DNA of 64,000 nucleotides from Paraspadella gotoi (lineage: Eukaryota > Animalia > Chaetognatha): NCBI GenBank assembly GCA_051294375.1, contig CM119266.1, positions 11,093,212-11,157,211 on the forward strand, in the 5' to 3' direction. Under the pieces are notes generated by a model. It was not told the origin of the DNA. It searched no databases and was given only the letters and a program-made list of their open reading frames with translations. The position numbers and the translations under genes are program-made. This document shows, piece after piece, positions 52,911-64,000 of this stretch (positions are counted from its first letter, which is position 1; every line of letters begins with the position of its first letter).

Positions 52911-54938
52911 GAGAGAAGAGATCTTTTGTTTTTTTTCGCGAATTCGAAAAACATCCCGTGACGCGGCCCCCGAGTACTAGGGTGCATAGTCTGTGCACCG
53001 GCCACGATTTTTCGATAAGAAAAGGCGAATGTCGGCGAGGGCGTAGAGGGGGGGGAGGGAGGGTAAAGGGGGGCGGAATAGCGCATGTGAGAAGCGAGAG
53101 ACATTAACACGTTCACATTACAGCGACGTATTTTGCTCCGATTCGTCTATCGAACAATTTTCCTCTTTCTCGTCGATGTCTCCTTTTACGGTTATTTTTA
53201 TTGATTATTTGCATTTCATAATAATTTTCTTCGCTCGCGCTGAGAAAAAAAAATTAAATCACCGAATTGTTATCTCTCTCTCTCTATCTCTTAATCTCTG
53301 CTCATATATACATGTCGAGTAGCGGAGTGAAGAACTGAAGAATATTCTCCTTCTGTTTGGAAAATCGGAGACCTTTGCACGCCTTTTTCGGTCACTAGAG
53401 GCGCTCACGTTGCCTTCAAGGGTTGTTCGGTCGACTGGTATTCACCGCGCCCAATTTGACTTTTCTAGTACACACACGACAGCACCGAAAATAAAAAATA
53501 CACCGTGGTTTTATTGTCTGCTTTGTCTTATCGTCGTCGTCGTCGTCGTCGTTGTCGTTATCGTCGACGTCGTCATTATCTTCGTTTCATTCGTATCCTT
53601 TCATTTCTGACTTAAGAAGCCTTAAAGTCTCTATATTAAAATAGTAATCGCGTTTCTTTTCCTTTTTCCCTTTTATGTTGCTGCTCTCGTTGTTCTTTTG
53701 TCATTTCCGAAGATAAAGTCGGATAAGGAGCGAAACGAATTAAATAAATAAAAAGAAAGACGAAGATTTTTTTAAGCGGATAAACACATTTATATATTCA
53801 CAACTTCTTCCCCTCTTCCCGTCCCCCTCTTTTTCTTTTTAATCCGGAAAACCGATTTATGCTGAGTTTGTTTACAACTTTCTACGAAATGGGGGCTAAG
53901 AATATTATGTTATCGGGACTTTTGTTTGTGTAGACGAAGAATCGTAAACGAGGAGCGATGTTATAAAGCTAAGGGGTTCTCGAGAAATGAACAACGTTCA
54001 CGTCGGTTGAAAAGTACGTCTTATCACAGGATTCGCTTGAAAAAAAATATTAACAAAAAAAGTGTACGCATCAGCTGATGAGGGGCGTTCGTAAGAAGAG
54101 GGGGGGCGGGGTTGCGTGGCGAAGGGGTTGGAGAAGAGGTTACGGTTGGTGTAAAGGGATATGGAAGGGGTTTTTAGCGATCCGAGAAGAAAGCGAAAAC
54201 TCTCCTCGAATTTCAGGGGGCGTCGACGGCAAAGTTCAGAAATTCTGCTCCTTCAAAAAAAAAAAGATTCCCGTCAATTTTGAGTTCGAAATTTCACAAA
54301 TTTAAAATAAAAAACATTAAGAAGAGAATGAGGGCGGAAACGAAACGAGAAAGGAGGACCGGATCGAGCATTATGTATCTTTGATGATAGACAAATTTAA
54401 CCCCTTATGCTGCTTTCCCACCCCTCAAGAAAAAAATCGTCGCCGGTCAGATAAAGATTTCGTATCTCTCTCTCTTGGTAGAGTATGTAGCTTCATTAAT
54501 CAACCGTTGATCGAGATGAAAAGTAAAAAAAAAAGGAAACATAAATACTTAATGATCCATCGATCTTTTTAGAATAAAAACTCATGACAAATGTTGTTGA
54601 CGAGCCAACGGTCATTGTCTATTTGCGCCGTAAGGAGAAAGCAAATACGACAGCTAAACAAAAACAAAAATGTTTTTATGTTTGAGAAGCCTTTTAAATG
54701 AGTCAATCAAGTAAATTTTTAATTAAAAAACTTTTTCAAATCTTTTTCCTCTCACTCTCTCTCTCTCTCACCGCAGAGAGCTACCCATCTTAATCATGAC
54801 TCTTTTAAATTAGTCGCGCCAACAGATATTCTCGTGCAGCATATTTCTGTTAATTGTTATGCTAATATTTTATAAAGTAGTCATCACATCTATAAAATTT
54901 ACGTCCGCCGCAGAATCTAGCGTGCTCCGATCCCTAGT

Positions 54939-55678
54939 TGAGGACGGTGAACTGTTGCTTGGATGAAGAAAGGGCCTCATTTTCAGGATTTAAAAATAGA
55001 GGTTTTTTAAACCTTATGTATGTCTACACTATGGAATATGGACCAGTTTTATTTCGTTTCTTGTATTCAAAAGTCACAGAATCTTTAAAGGGTTTCGTAT
55101 TTAAAAAGTACTAAGATAAAATTATTTGGCGAATGTCGCTCAATCATAAAACTTGTACAAATTTACGTCCACTTTTATCTGGAACATTCAAACGTTTTTT
55201 TCCTCACTGTACAATTTCTACATTACTATACTGATCGGATATGCATTTTGTTTGTTTTTTTATATTTTTCCTCTGCGGATAGACCTTTTAATTGTAATTG
55301 TATATTTGTAATTGCTACGCTTCTTTCAGTGTTCAATGTTCAATGTTCAATGTTCGATGTTCACAGTTCCTGACCCGATGACTGTAGAGAGGAACAGGCG
55401 TTCGAAGTCTCTTCAAGTTTCTCCAATTTATTCTTTTTTTGTAGTTTTTTACGTGTGTGCCTCTGTTACTGTGTGTGAGTGTGTTTTGGTATTTTGATTT
55501 TTATTTCTTTTGATGCTTTAAAAGTCCAACTCGAACGAAACGAAAGTGTTGTTAAAGAATATTAAGCTGATAAGTTTTTTTTGCGGTCACAATCTGAGTT
55601 CGCATCAACAAATTGCCAAAAACATAACAAAACTTTTCGCGAAACAAACCCTCGGGGGCGCTTTTCTTTCTTTTTTTT

Positions 55679-55770
<92 letters not shown>

Positions 55771-56544
55771 AGAGACTAAAAAGTCGAATGTTCTACCAGC
55801 AAGCTAAACGATGATTTGAAAAGCTGCACTCGAGAAAGTTGAGGCCCCAAATCAATCCACAATATACGATCCGAGAGAGAGAGAGAGAGAGAAGAGAAGA
55901 GAGAGAGAGAGCAGAGAAGAGAGAGAGAGAGAGAGAAGAGAGAGGNNNNNNNNNNNNNNNNNNNNNNNNNTGATAGAAAGGCCTCATTTTCAGATTTAAA
56001 AATAGAGGTTTTTTAAACCTTATATATGTCTACACTATGGAAATTGAGACCAGTTTTATTTCGTTTCTGTTATTCAAAAGTCACAGAATCTTTAAAGGGT
56101 TTCTGGTATTTAAAAAGTACTAAGATATAAAATTATTTGGCGAATGTCGCTCAATCATAAAACTTGTACAAATTTACTCGTCCACTTTTATCTGGAACAT
56201 CAACGTTTTTTTCCTCACTGTACAATTTCTACATTACTATTCTGATCGGATATTCATTTGTTTTGTTTTTTTATATTTTTCCCTCTGCGGATAGACCTTT
56301 TAATTGTAATATGTAATATGTTAATTGCTACGCTTCTTTCAGTGTTCAATGTTCTCAATGTTCAATGTTCGATGTTCACAGTTCCTGACCCGATGACTGT
56401 GACGAGAGGAACAGGCGTTCGAAGTCTCTTCAAGTTTCTCCAATTTATTCTTTTTTTTAGTTTTTTACGTTGTGCTCTGTTATGTTGTGTGAGTGTGTTT
56501 TGATCTCTCTTCTTCTTCATCCAAGCAACAATTCACCGTCCTCA
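54939..56544. repeat. 32-bp inverted-repeat pair enclosing a duplicated ~530-bp segment
   Basis: TGAGGACGGTGAACTGTTGCTTGGATGAAGAA (54939-54970) vs TTCTTCATCCAAGCAACAATTCACCGTCCTCA (56513-56544), with one mismatch. 54964-55490 is repeated at 55971-56502. Confidence 0.85.
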
Positions 56545-56735
56545 CGCTCTTGAAACCCCTTCACGCCACTCCTTCGCTTACAACCATTTTTCACGCCGCC
56601 ACCTCTGCCCCTCACGCTACTCATGCCACTCCCTGCTGTGTCGAGATTCCACTCTCTCGTTTTTCGAGAAAAAAAAATGTCGGAACCCGAGTCCAGATTT
56701 TCCGTCCATAACTTCTCTTTAGGATTGGGTAGTTG

Positions 56736-56737
56736 TC

Positions 56738-56768
<31 letters not shown>

Positions 56769-56815
56769 TCGATGTCATCCTCGCCGTCGTCGCCATCGTC
56801 GTCGTCGTCGATGTC
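56736..56815. repeat. Imperfect (CGT)n microsatellite with a 39-bp higher period
   Basis: CGTCGTCGTCGATGTCA ends at both ~56777 and ~56816. Confidence 0.8.
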
Positions 56816-59095
56816 AACAGGAAATCGTGATTGATCGGTCGAGTTGGTCAGACATTCGCAAACATTTCGACGCCGAATGCAGTCCCTCGCATTCTTTATG
56901 AGGGTCTCCGCCTTCGCGGCACACGAGGAGCACCCCTCGTGGCACGGTATGTGTAGGGGCGTTTTTCGCCCGGCCTGTTATCCGTGTGAAAATTAAGGTT
57001 TCTTGGTCGACCATATTAATTAAAGAGAAAATTTTTCACATGGATCGTGATGCACATGACAATGATTAAACAGTTTTGCTACATAAAAACTCGCATTTAG
57101 CTTAGTATTAATTAATAATGGTGTATCTCAATTTTAAACGTAAAAATCCCCATTGTTTAAGCCATAACGGAGAAACCAAGCTTCCTTTCGAAATTGTAAC
57201 GGCTGTAACGTTCAACCAAAGTACCTCTATGCGACCCGTTGCGGCCGTTAGGACATCCTCTGGGTTTCCAAGCGCGCGCGATCTCTCTCATCTCTCTTCT
57301 CTCCCTCTCTCATCTCTCCTCTCCTCTCATCTCTCTCTCTCTTCTCTCTCTCATCGATCTCTCATCTCCTCTCATCTCTCTCATCTTTCTTCTCTCTCTC
57401 TGTGTGGTGGATTCGGCCAATTTATCCCTCTCCGGTAATCAATATTCTATCAGGACTACGCAAGGTCAATATGGAAGGCGACGACGATGACGACGACAAC
57501 AACGACGACGACGACGATGCCCACCGAAGGCGATTCTGTTCTTAATTCATAAATTGTTGATGCGGAACTTCGGGGTCGACGCGCGGCGACGGCGGTTGAG
57601 GCGACAATGACGTTGATTAGGCTGACAACGAGAATCTACGACTTTGGTAACAATGAAGGAAGAGTCAACAATGACAAAGATTGGGGTGACAACGAGAATC
57701 TATGACCACGATGGAGACAATGATGACAATCATGATGATGGGAAAACTGAGGTCAAACTTTATTGTTTATAGGTGGTTGAGGGGACGATATTATTAGTGG
57801 TTACAAAAATCTAAAACTAAGAAAAAGTAACTGAAACTATGAAGAAAATTTAGTTGACAATGACACAGATTATTCGGGTGACAAATAGAATCTCCCGAGA
57901 CGATGGCGACAACGACGACGACAATGACGACGATGAAGCCGACCATAATCAGTCGGCTCAAAATCCACGGCGAACAAAAGCGAGGCGTTCCCTCGCGAGG
58001 CGGAACAGTGGGCGTGGCTCGAGGCTCGAAAACATCGTCGTCCGGATGTCGCGATGAGCACGAGCCCGCCGGCGCCTCCGCTAAAGATGGCGCCACGTTC
58101 CAAATTTGGCGCCTCTCGTGAGATCGGCGCCATCAAGCGATGGAGCGATCCGAAAATTGCCGTGGGCGTTGGGTTAATTTTGGTGGCAAAAATCTAGGAG
58201 GTTTACTAGGAACGCACAAAGGTTTTTTTTTCGGTCTTTTTGATTAAGAATTAGAATAATACCTTGATAAATACCCTGAACATATTCTCGAGGAGTTTAG
58301 TTATATTTTTTCACTCTATTGTTATAGTTTTGTAATTTTAAAAAGAACAGAAGTAACCAATATTTTTTTTCTCTCGAGATTTTACCATTTGCGACAATTA
58401 CCACCGTACGCAATGATCAGAAACACCGACATGATCCTACCAACGGACTATATAAATAATCATTAGAAAAAACTCACACCGGAGAGAGCGAAAAAAAGAA
58501 AAGAAAATGAGATTCACTAACAGCGACTGTAGTTAGGCAAATGTACGTCGTTTGCAGAACGTGAACAGCAGATTATGCACCGCGATGAAGAATTTTTCAA
58601 CTTTTTTTGTTAAGAAAAATCCGGAAACGCGAATGTATGTCTTTGCAGAATTTGATCCTAAAGGCAAAATTTACAACTAGGTTGAGTTTATTTTATTTTA
58701 GCGCCATCTTTGTAGAAGATTTACATTATAATTTTAACTTGAAGGCCCTTCTACTTGAAATGGTTAGGCTTCCGGAGCTCCTTTCCTTTGTCAGCCACCC
58801 TCCCTCTTTCTCAATCTCTCCATCCTTCTCTTTATCTCACCCCCCCCTCTTTCGGAATCCGTTGAAATATTCTCCCAAATTATAAAGAACGAGGTTTTCT
58901 TGCAAAAACCGGAAAAATTCTTCCAGTTATGACTCTGGTCGTAATTGGAATCAAATCACGTCGGAGCTCGAGACGCATCTGCGCCGGAACCTCATTTGCA
59001 TATGGAAATCGAGGGCGGAAAAACGCGCGCGGGCAGGAAAAAAAATTCCGGCCGAGAGACAGAGAGAGAGAAAGGAAGAAATAAAAATCAGCGGA

Positions 59096-59157
<62 letters not shown>

Positions 59158-59763
59158 AGAGAGAGAGCAACTCAATGTGAAAAAACCATCATTACTCGTG
59201 TTCATTCAATATTTACATTAAATTACAAATCCTTAAATGGAATAATTGAAAAGTCGCGATTTCTTATGCAACGTTACTTTTGTACATATTACATATTATG
59301 GAAATGTTAAAAATAAATGTTACAGGAAAGATTCAAGCAGTGCCGTTGAAAATAAACGTCTCATTTTCATAGATTTTTTAGATTTAATACATTTTCCTAA
59401 ATTACAGAGTTTGTGAACATAAGGAAATTTTTATTTTACAATAATTATTTATTCACCTATTGCATCCGATTGACGGTATACCTCACCTTTTCGATTCAAG
59501 CCACTTACCAATGATAAGAAACCACTGTCTCCAATCGACCCCGTGATTTCACTCTATTTTCTTTATTCACCCGAAATATTTTGATGTAGCAAAGAGACGC
59601 CGTATCTCGAAACCATCAGCGGGAGCAGAAAAAAAAGAGAGAGACAGCGATGATGAGAAAAAAATCGCGTGAAAAAACTCGTGAACTGAGAAGATTGTGA
59701 AAAGTTGAAGGATCATTTGATTGCCTATGAGAGAGAGGAAAGGAAATGCTGGGAGTGAGAGAT

Positions 59764-59831
<68 letters not shown>

Positions 59832-60205
59832 GTAGATGGCGAGAAACAATGTGAATCGAAGAGAGTCGGAGAGAGACGACGATAGAAAAAGGAAACAAAA
59901 AGGAAAGAAAAAGGAGACAGAATCTAAAAGATTCACAGACATTCGAGAGAAGAAAAAAAATTATCAAAATTGTCACCGACGACGATGCGCGCAAGTTCAT
60001 CGGTTCTTCGCGTATTCACACGTACTTCCTCCTCACGTACGTACGGACCGATCGATCGCGCGCGAATCTCCGTCTCAGTCTCAATTTTCTTTTTCCTTTC
60101 TTTCTTTTTTTTTTTTGTCAATTTTCCGAGTGACGAGAGACTGACGTTATCGTTAACGGATTTTTTTTCGTTTTCTAGATCCTTTTTATAGACTCGAAAG
60201 CTGAC

Positions 60206-61428
60206 AAGATTCTATGAAAAACTATTTTGTCAGTACTAAGGCGACTTAATTTTATGATTTAGGATTTGTTAACTATTGTCCCTCTTCTCTAATAATAGCA
60301 GGGACCTGCTATGTCATTATCTTGTAAGAGTGATGGAGGCCTTAAACCTCCAAAGCCTGTCCAAAGCCAGGGGCAAGATAGTTTTTTTATTTTTATATAG
60401 TTTGTATCAATTTGATATTCATGTATTATTTATTTATAAAAGAGAAGAATTGATATAAGGGGGTATATTTGATTGATCAAATGTCATTTTTATGTATCAG
60501 CATCTGAAAAATTTCCTCATCAGTTAATTCCCATGAAAAGACAAATTAAATTTCGGCTTGGGCTAATAATGAATATTTTTTCAGTTCGGGACATCTTTCC
60601 CGAAATCATCTTATCATCCTCTCCGGTTCCCCCCCCCCCGCACGCCCCCCCAAAAAAATATCCCCCCTACCGGGTTTTTAGGATATTTCGAGAAAAAAAA
60701 CCTCATTAATAAAATAACTTCATTAATATTGCTTAATTTTGCAACAAAAATTTCTTCTAGATTTTTTTCTATCGACTTCGATTCGACTTAATTTCTCTAG
60801 TTTTTTAATGAACTATGGAGAGTAGGGGGTTTTTCTTTATTAGAAGGGAAGTGGCGCGGTGGGGGGGGTCGATAGGGACTCTTTTTCTTTGCAAGATTCT
60901 ATCTGAAATCCTCAAAAACGAGGAACTAAGGTTTGAAACTAAGCGTGGATATTTGCTCAATTTTCCGGTTGTTTTTTTTAGCGATCGTTTTTGCATTTTA
61001 CCGTTGTTCGTGTAACTTTTATCGGGGTAATAGTCATATTCAGCAAATCGTCAACAATATTAGCGTAAGAAATGGATAATTTTCAAACACAACGTGCTAA
61101 TTACATAATTTCTTTTTACCCTCAAAAACCGTAGTGACTCGATTCTACGTGGCCCCGGATCTTACAGCCCCTTCTTCTGATCCCGAAAACTATCATCATT
61201 AACCTCCGTGAAAAGAATTGCCGAAAAATTTGGGAAGTCCCGAGAAAAAGAAGAGAAGGAAGACAGGGAGGAAAGAGAGGGAGTGAGGGAGGAAAGAGAG
61301 TGAGAGAGGGAGGAAGGAAGAAAAAAAAGACTATGTCGAACCGATTAACTCCCTCGGCTTTCAATGCCGCCTCATCAAAACACCGGGACGGAGAAATTGA
61401 GTCCAAAGAAAAGAGAGTCAAGTTCAAA

Positions 61429-61466
<38 letters not shown>

Positions 61467-62691
61467 GAGAGAGAAGATTCTATAAAAACTATTTTGTCAG
61501 TACTAAGGCGACTTAATTTTATGATTTAAGGATTTGTTAACTATTGTCCCTCTTCTCTAATAATAGCAGGGACCTGCTATGTCATTATCTTGTAAGAAGT
61601 GATGGAGGCCTTAACCTCCAAAGCTGTCCAAAGCCAGGGGCAAGATAGTTTTTTTATTTTTATATAGTTTGTATCAATTTGATATTCATGTATTATTTAT
61701 TTATAAAAGAGAAGAATTGATAAAGGGGGTATATTGATTGATCAAATGTCAATTTTTTATCAGCATCTGAAAAATTTCCTCATCAGTTAATTCCCATGAA
61801 AAGACAAATTAAATTTCGGCTTGGGCTAATAATGAATATTTTTCAGTTCGGGACATCTTTCCGAAATCATCTTATCATCCTCTCCGGTTCCCCCCCCGCA
61901 CGCCCCCAAAAAAATATCCCCCCTACCGGGTTTTTAGGATATTTCGAGAAAAAAAACCTCATTAATAAAATAACTTCATTAATATTGCTTAATTTTGCAA
62001 CAAAAATTTCTTCTAGATTTTTTTCTATCGACTTCGATTCGACTTAATTTCCTCTAGTTTTTTTAATGAACTATGGAGGAGTAGGGGTTTTTCTTTATTA
62101 GAAGGGAAGTGGCGGCGGTGGGGGGGGGTCCGATAGGGACTCTTTTTCTTTGCAAGATTCTATCTGAAATCCTCAAAAACGAGGAACTAAGGTTTGAACT
62201 AAGCGTGGATATTTGCTCAATTTTCCGGTTGTTTTTTTTAGCGACGTTTTTTTTGCATTTTACCGTTGTTCGTGTAACTTTTATCGGGGTAATAGTCAAT
62301 TCAGCAAATCGTCAACAATATTAGCGTAAGAAATGGATAATTTTCAAAACACAACGTGCTAATTACATAATTTTTCTTTTTACCCTCAAAAACCGTAGTG
62401 ACTTCGATTCTACGTGGCCCCGGATCTTACAGCCCCTTCTTCTGATCCCGAAAACTATCATCATTAACTCCGTGAAAAGAATTGCCCGAAAAATTTGGGA
62501 AGTCCCGAGAAAAAGAAGAGAAGGAAGACAGGGAGGAAAGAGAGGGAGTGAGGGAGGAAAGAGAGTGAGAGAGGGAGGAAGGAAGAAAAAAAAGACTATG
62601 TCGAACCGATTAACTCCCTCGGCTTTCAATGCCGCCTCATCAAAACACCGGAACGGAGAAATTGAGTCCAAAGAAAAGAGAGTCAAGTTCA

Positions 62692-62735
<44 letters not shown>
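60206..62735. repeat. Tandem direct duplication, unit ~1.27 kb; probably artefact or uncollapsed haplotype
   Basis: AAGATTCTAT...AAAACTATTTTGTCAG starts at both 60206 and 61474. The copies differ mostly by 1-bp indels. Confidence 0.92.
60310..60381 (+). repeat. 72-bp dispersed repeat, copy 2 (recopied at ~61578 by the tandem duplication)
   Basis: Matches 46500-46571 and is preceded by the hairpin ATAGCAG-GGAC-CTGCTAT. Confidence 0.85.
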
Positions 62736-62740
<5 letters not shown>

Positions 62741-62755
62741 CTCCTCTCTCTTTCT

Positions 62756-62869
62756 CCTCCTTTTCTCTTGTGTCTTTATCTCGCTTAGACTCCACTTATG
62801 GGACTTTTATTCGGGTCCCCAAACATTTCCAAAAAAATCTTTCTCTTCTCCTTTTTTTCGGGTAGATTG

Positions 62870-62926
<57 letters not shown>

Positions 62927-63290
62927 TTCAGTAATTGCCTGGTCTCCTTTAGCGCTCTCTCTCTCTCTCTCTCTCTTCTCTTCTCTCTCGCGAAAAACCT
63001 CTCTANNNNNNNNNNNNNNNNNNNNNNNNNTCTTTCTCTCTCTCTCCTTTCCTCTCTCTTTTCTCTTCTCTTGTGTCTTTATCTCGCTTAGACTCCACTT
63101 ATGGGACTTTATTCGGGTTCCCCAAACATTTCCCAAAAAAAATCTTTCTCTTCTCCCTTTTTTCGGGTAGATTGTGACTCTCTCTCTCTCTCTCATCTCT
63201 CTCTCCTCGTCTCTCTCTTCTCTTCGATTATTGAACTCCTGCTCTCTCTAAGCGCTCTCTCTCTCTCTCTCTCTCTTCTTTCTCTCTCTC
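62756..63290. repeat. Short tandem duplication across a 25-N gap
   Basis: CTTGTGTCTTTATCTCGCTTAGACTCCACTTATGGGAC occurs at ~62767 and ~63070. Confidence 0.9.
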
Positions 63291-64000
63291 ACACACACAC
63301 ATAGCTGTTTACCAGTTTTAAATTTCTATCATGTGTATGTTTCTTAAAAGTCTATCATTATGTTTCTATTTTTCTTCGTAGTGAATAAAATCGTATTGAA
63401 GTGACCATATTGTGGTCATGGAACAAAATAAATAGCCGAAAAAAGAAAAAGAATAAAATGAGCGAGTTGCGATGGGAGGATACTAACAACCTGCCTGCGT
63501 CATCGCGGCCTTAATCCTATTCCTGTGGCGAACGAGGATTACAAGGCCGAGTTAGCCGCAAATATCTGAGCGAACCATGGCAGAATCACGAAAATCGCGC
63601 GAGTCTCTCGCCATTCTTAAAAGCGAAACGCCATGTCGTTGATCTAGTTTCCCTTGCATTTCGCAGGACCCGATACAATCCTCTGATGATGACGACGGCC
63701 GAAATCCCAAAAATGTCGTCATTTTCGAAAGAAATCTTTGTCCGCCATTCAGGACATTTACATCGGCTCATTGACGACTGCGACCGACGCCAGGTTTTCT
63801 TTAGCTAATTTTGCATTTTCTACCCGCTCACTCTCTCACCCACCCTCTCCTATCATATAAACTCTTTTCATCTTCCTTGCGCCTAAGGATATTAGAGCGA
63901 ATTATTTTTAATCTTCATTAGGGTCTTATCACGGATTTTGATAAAAAACCACAACAATTTGCGAGAAGAATTAAAAGTCGCGAAAGAGCGTTCGCCGTCG

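Overview
This is a eukaryotic draft scaffold, probably from an invertebrate animal, though the taxon cannot be determined from the sequence. It has about 24 N-gaps (roughly 6 kb), an AT-rich background, very dense (GA)n/(CT)n microsatellites and no visible CpG depletion. I recognise no protein-coding gene, tRNA, rRNA, snRNA, conserved miRNA, CRISPR array or autonomous transposon, and most ORFs in the track are translations of microsatellites or N-runs. The large structures are a ~2.5 kb palindrome and several 0.2-1.6 kb tandem duplications. They carry indel-rich noise and often abut exact 25-N gaps, so they are most likely long-read gap-filling artefacts. The signals that look genuine are small and non-coding: a promoter-like cluster of four CCAAT boxes, a 74-bp higher-order minisatellite, a MITE-like element with telomere-like internal repeats, a 32-bp inverted-repeat pair, a 72-bp dispersed repeat, a UUCG-capped hairpin, and a recurring layout of GAGA tracts next to CpG-rich islands. 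I found no convincing evidence for a new biological system.
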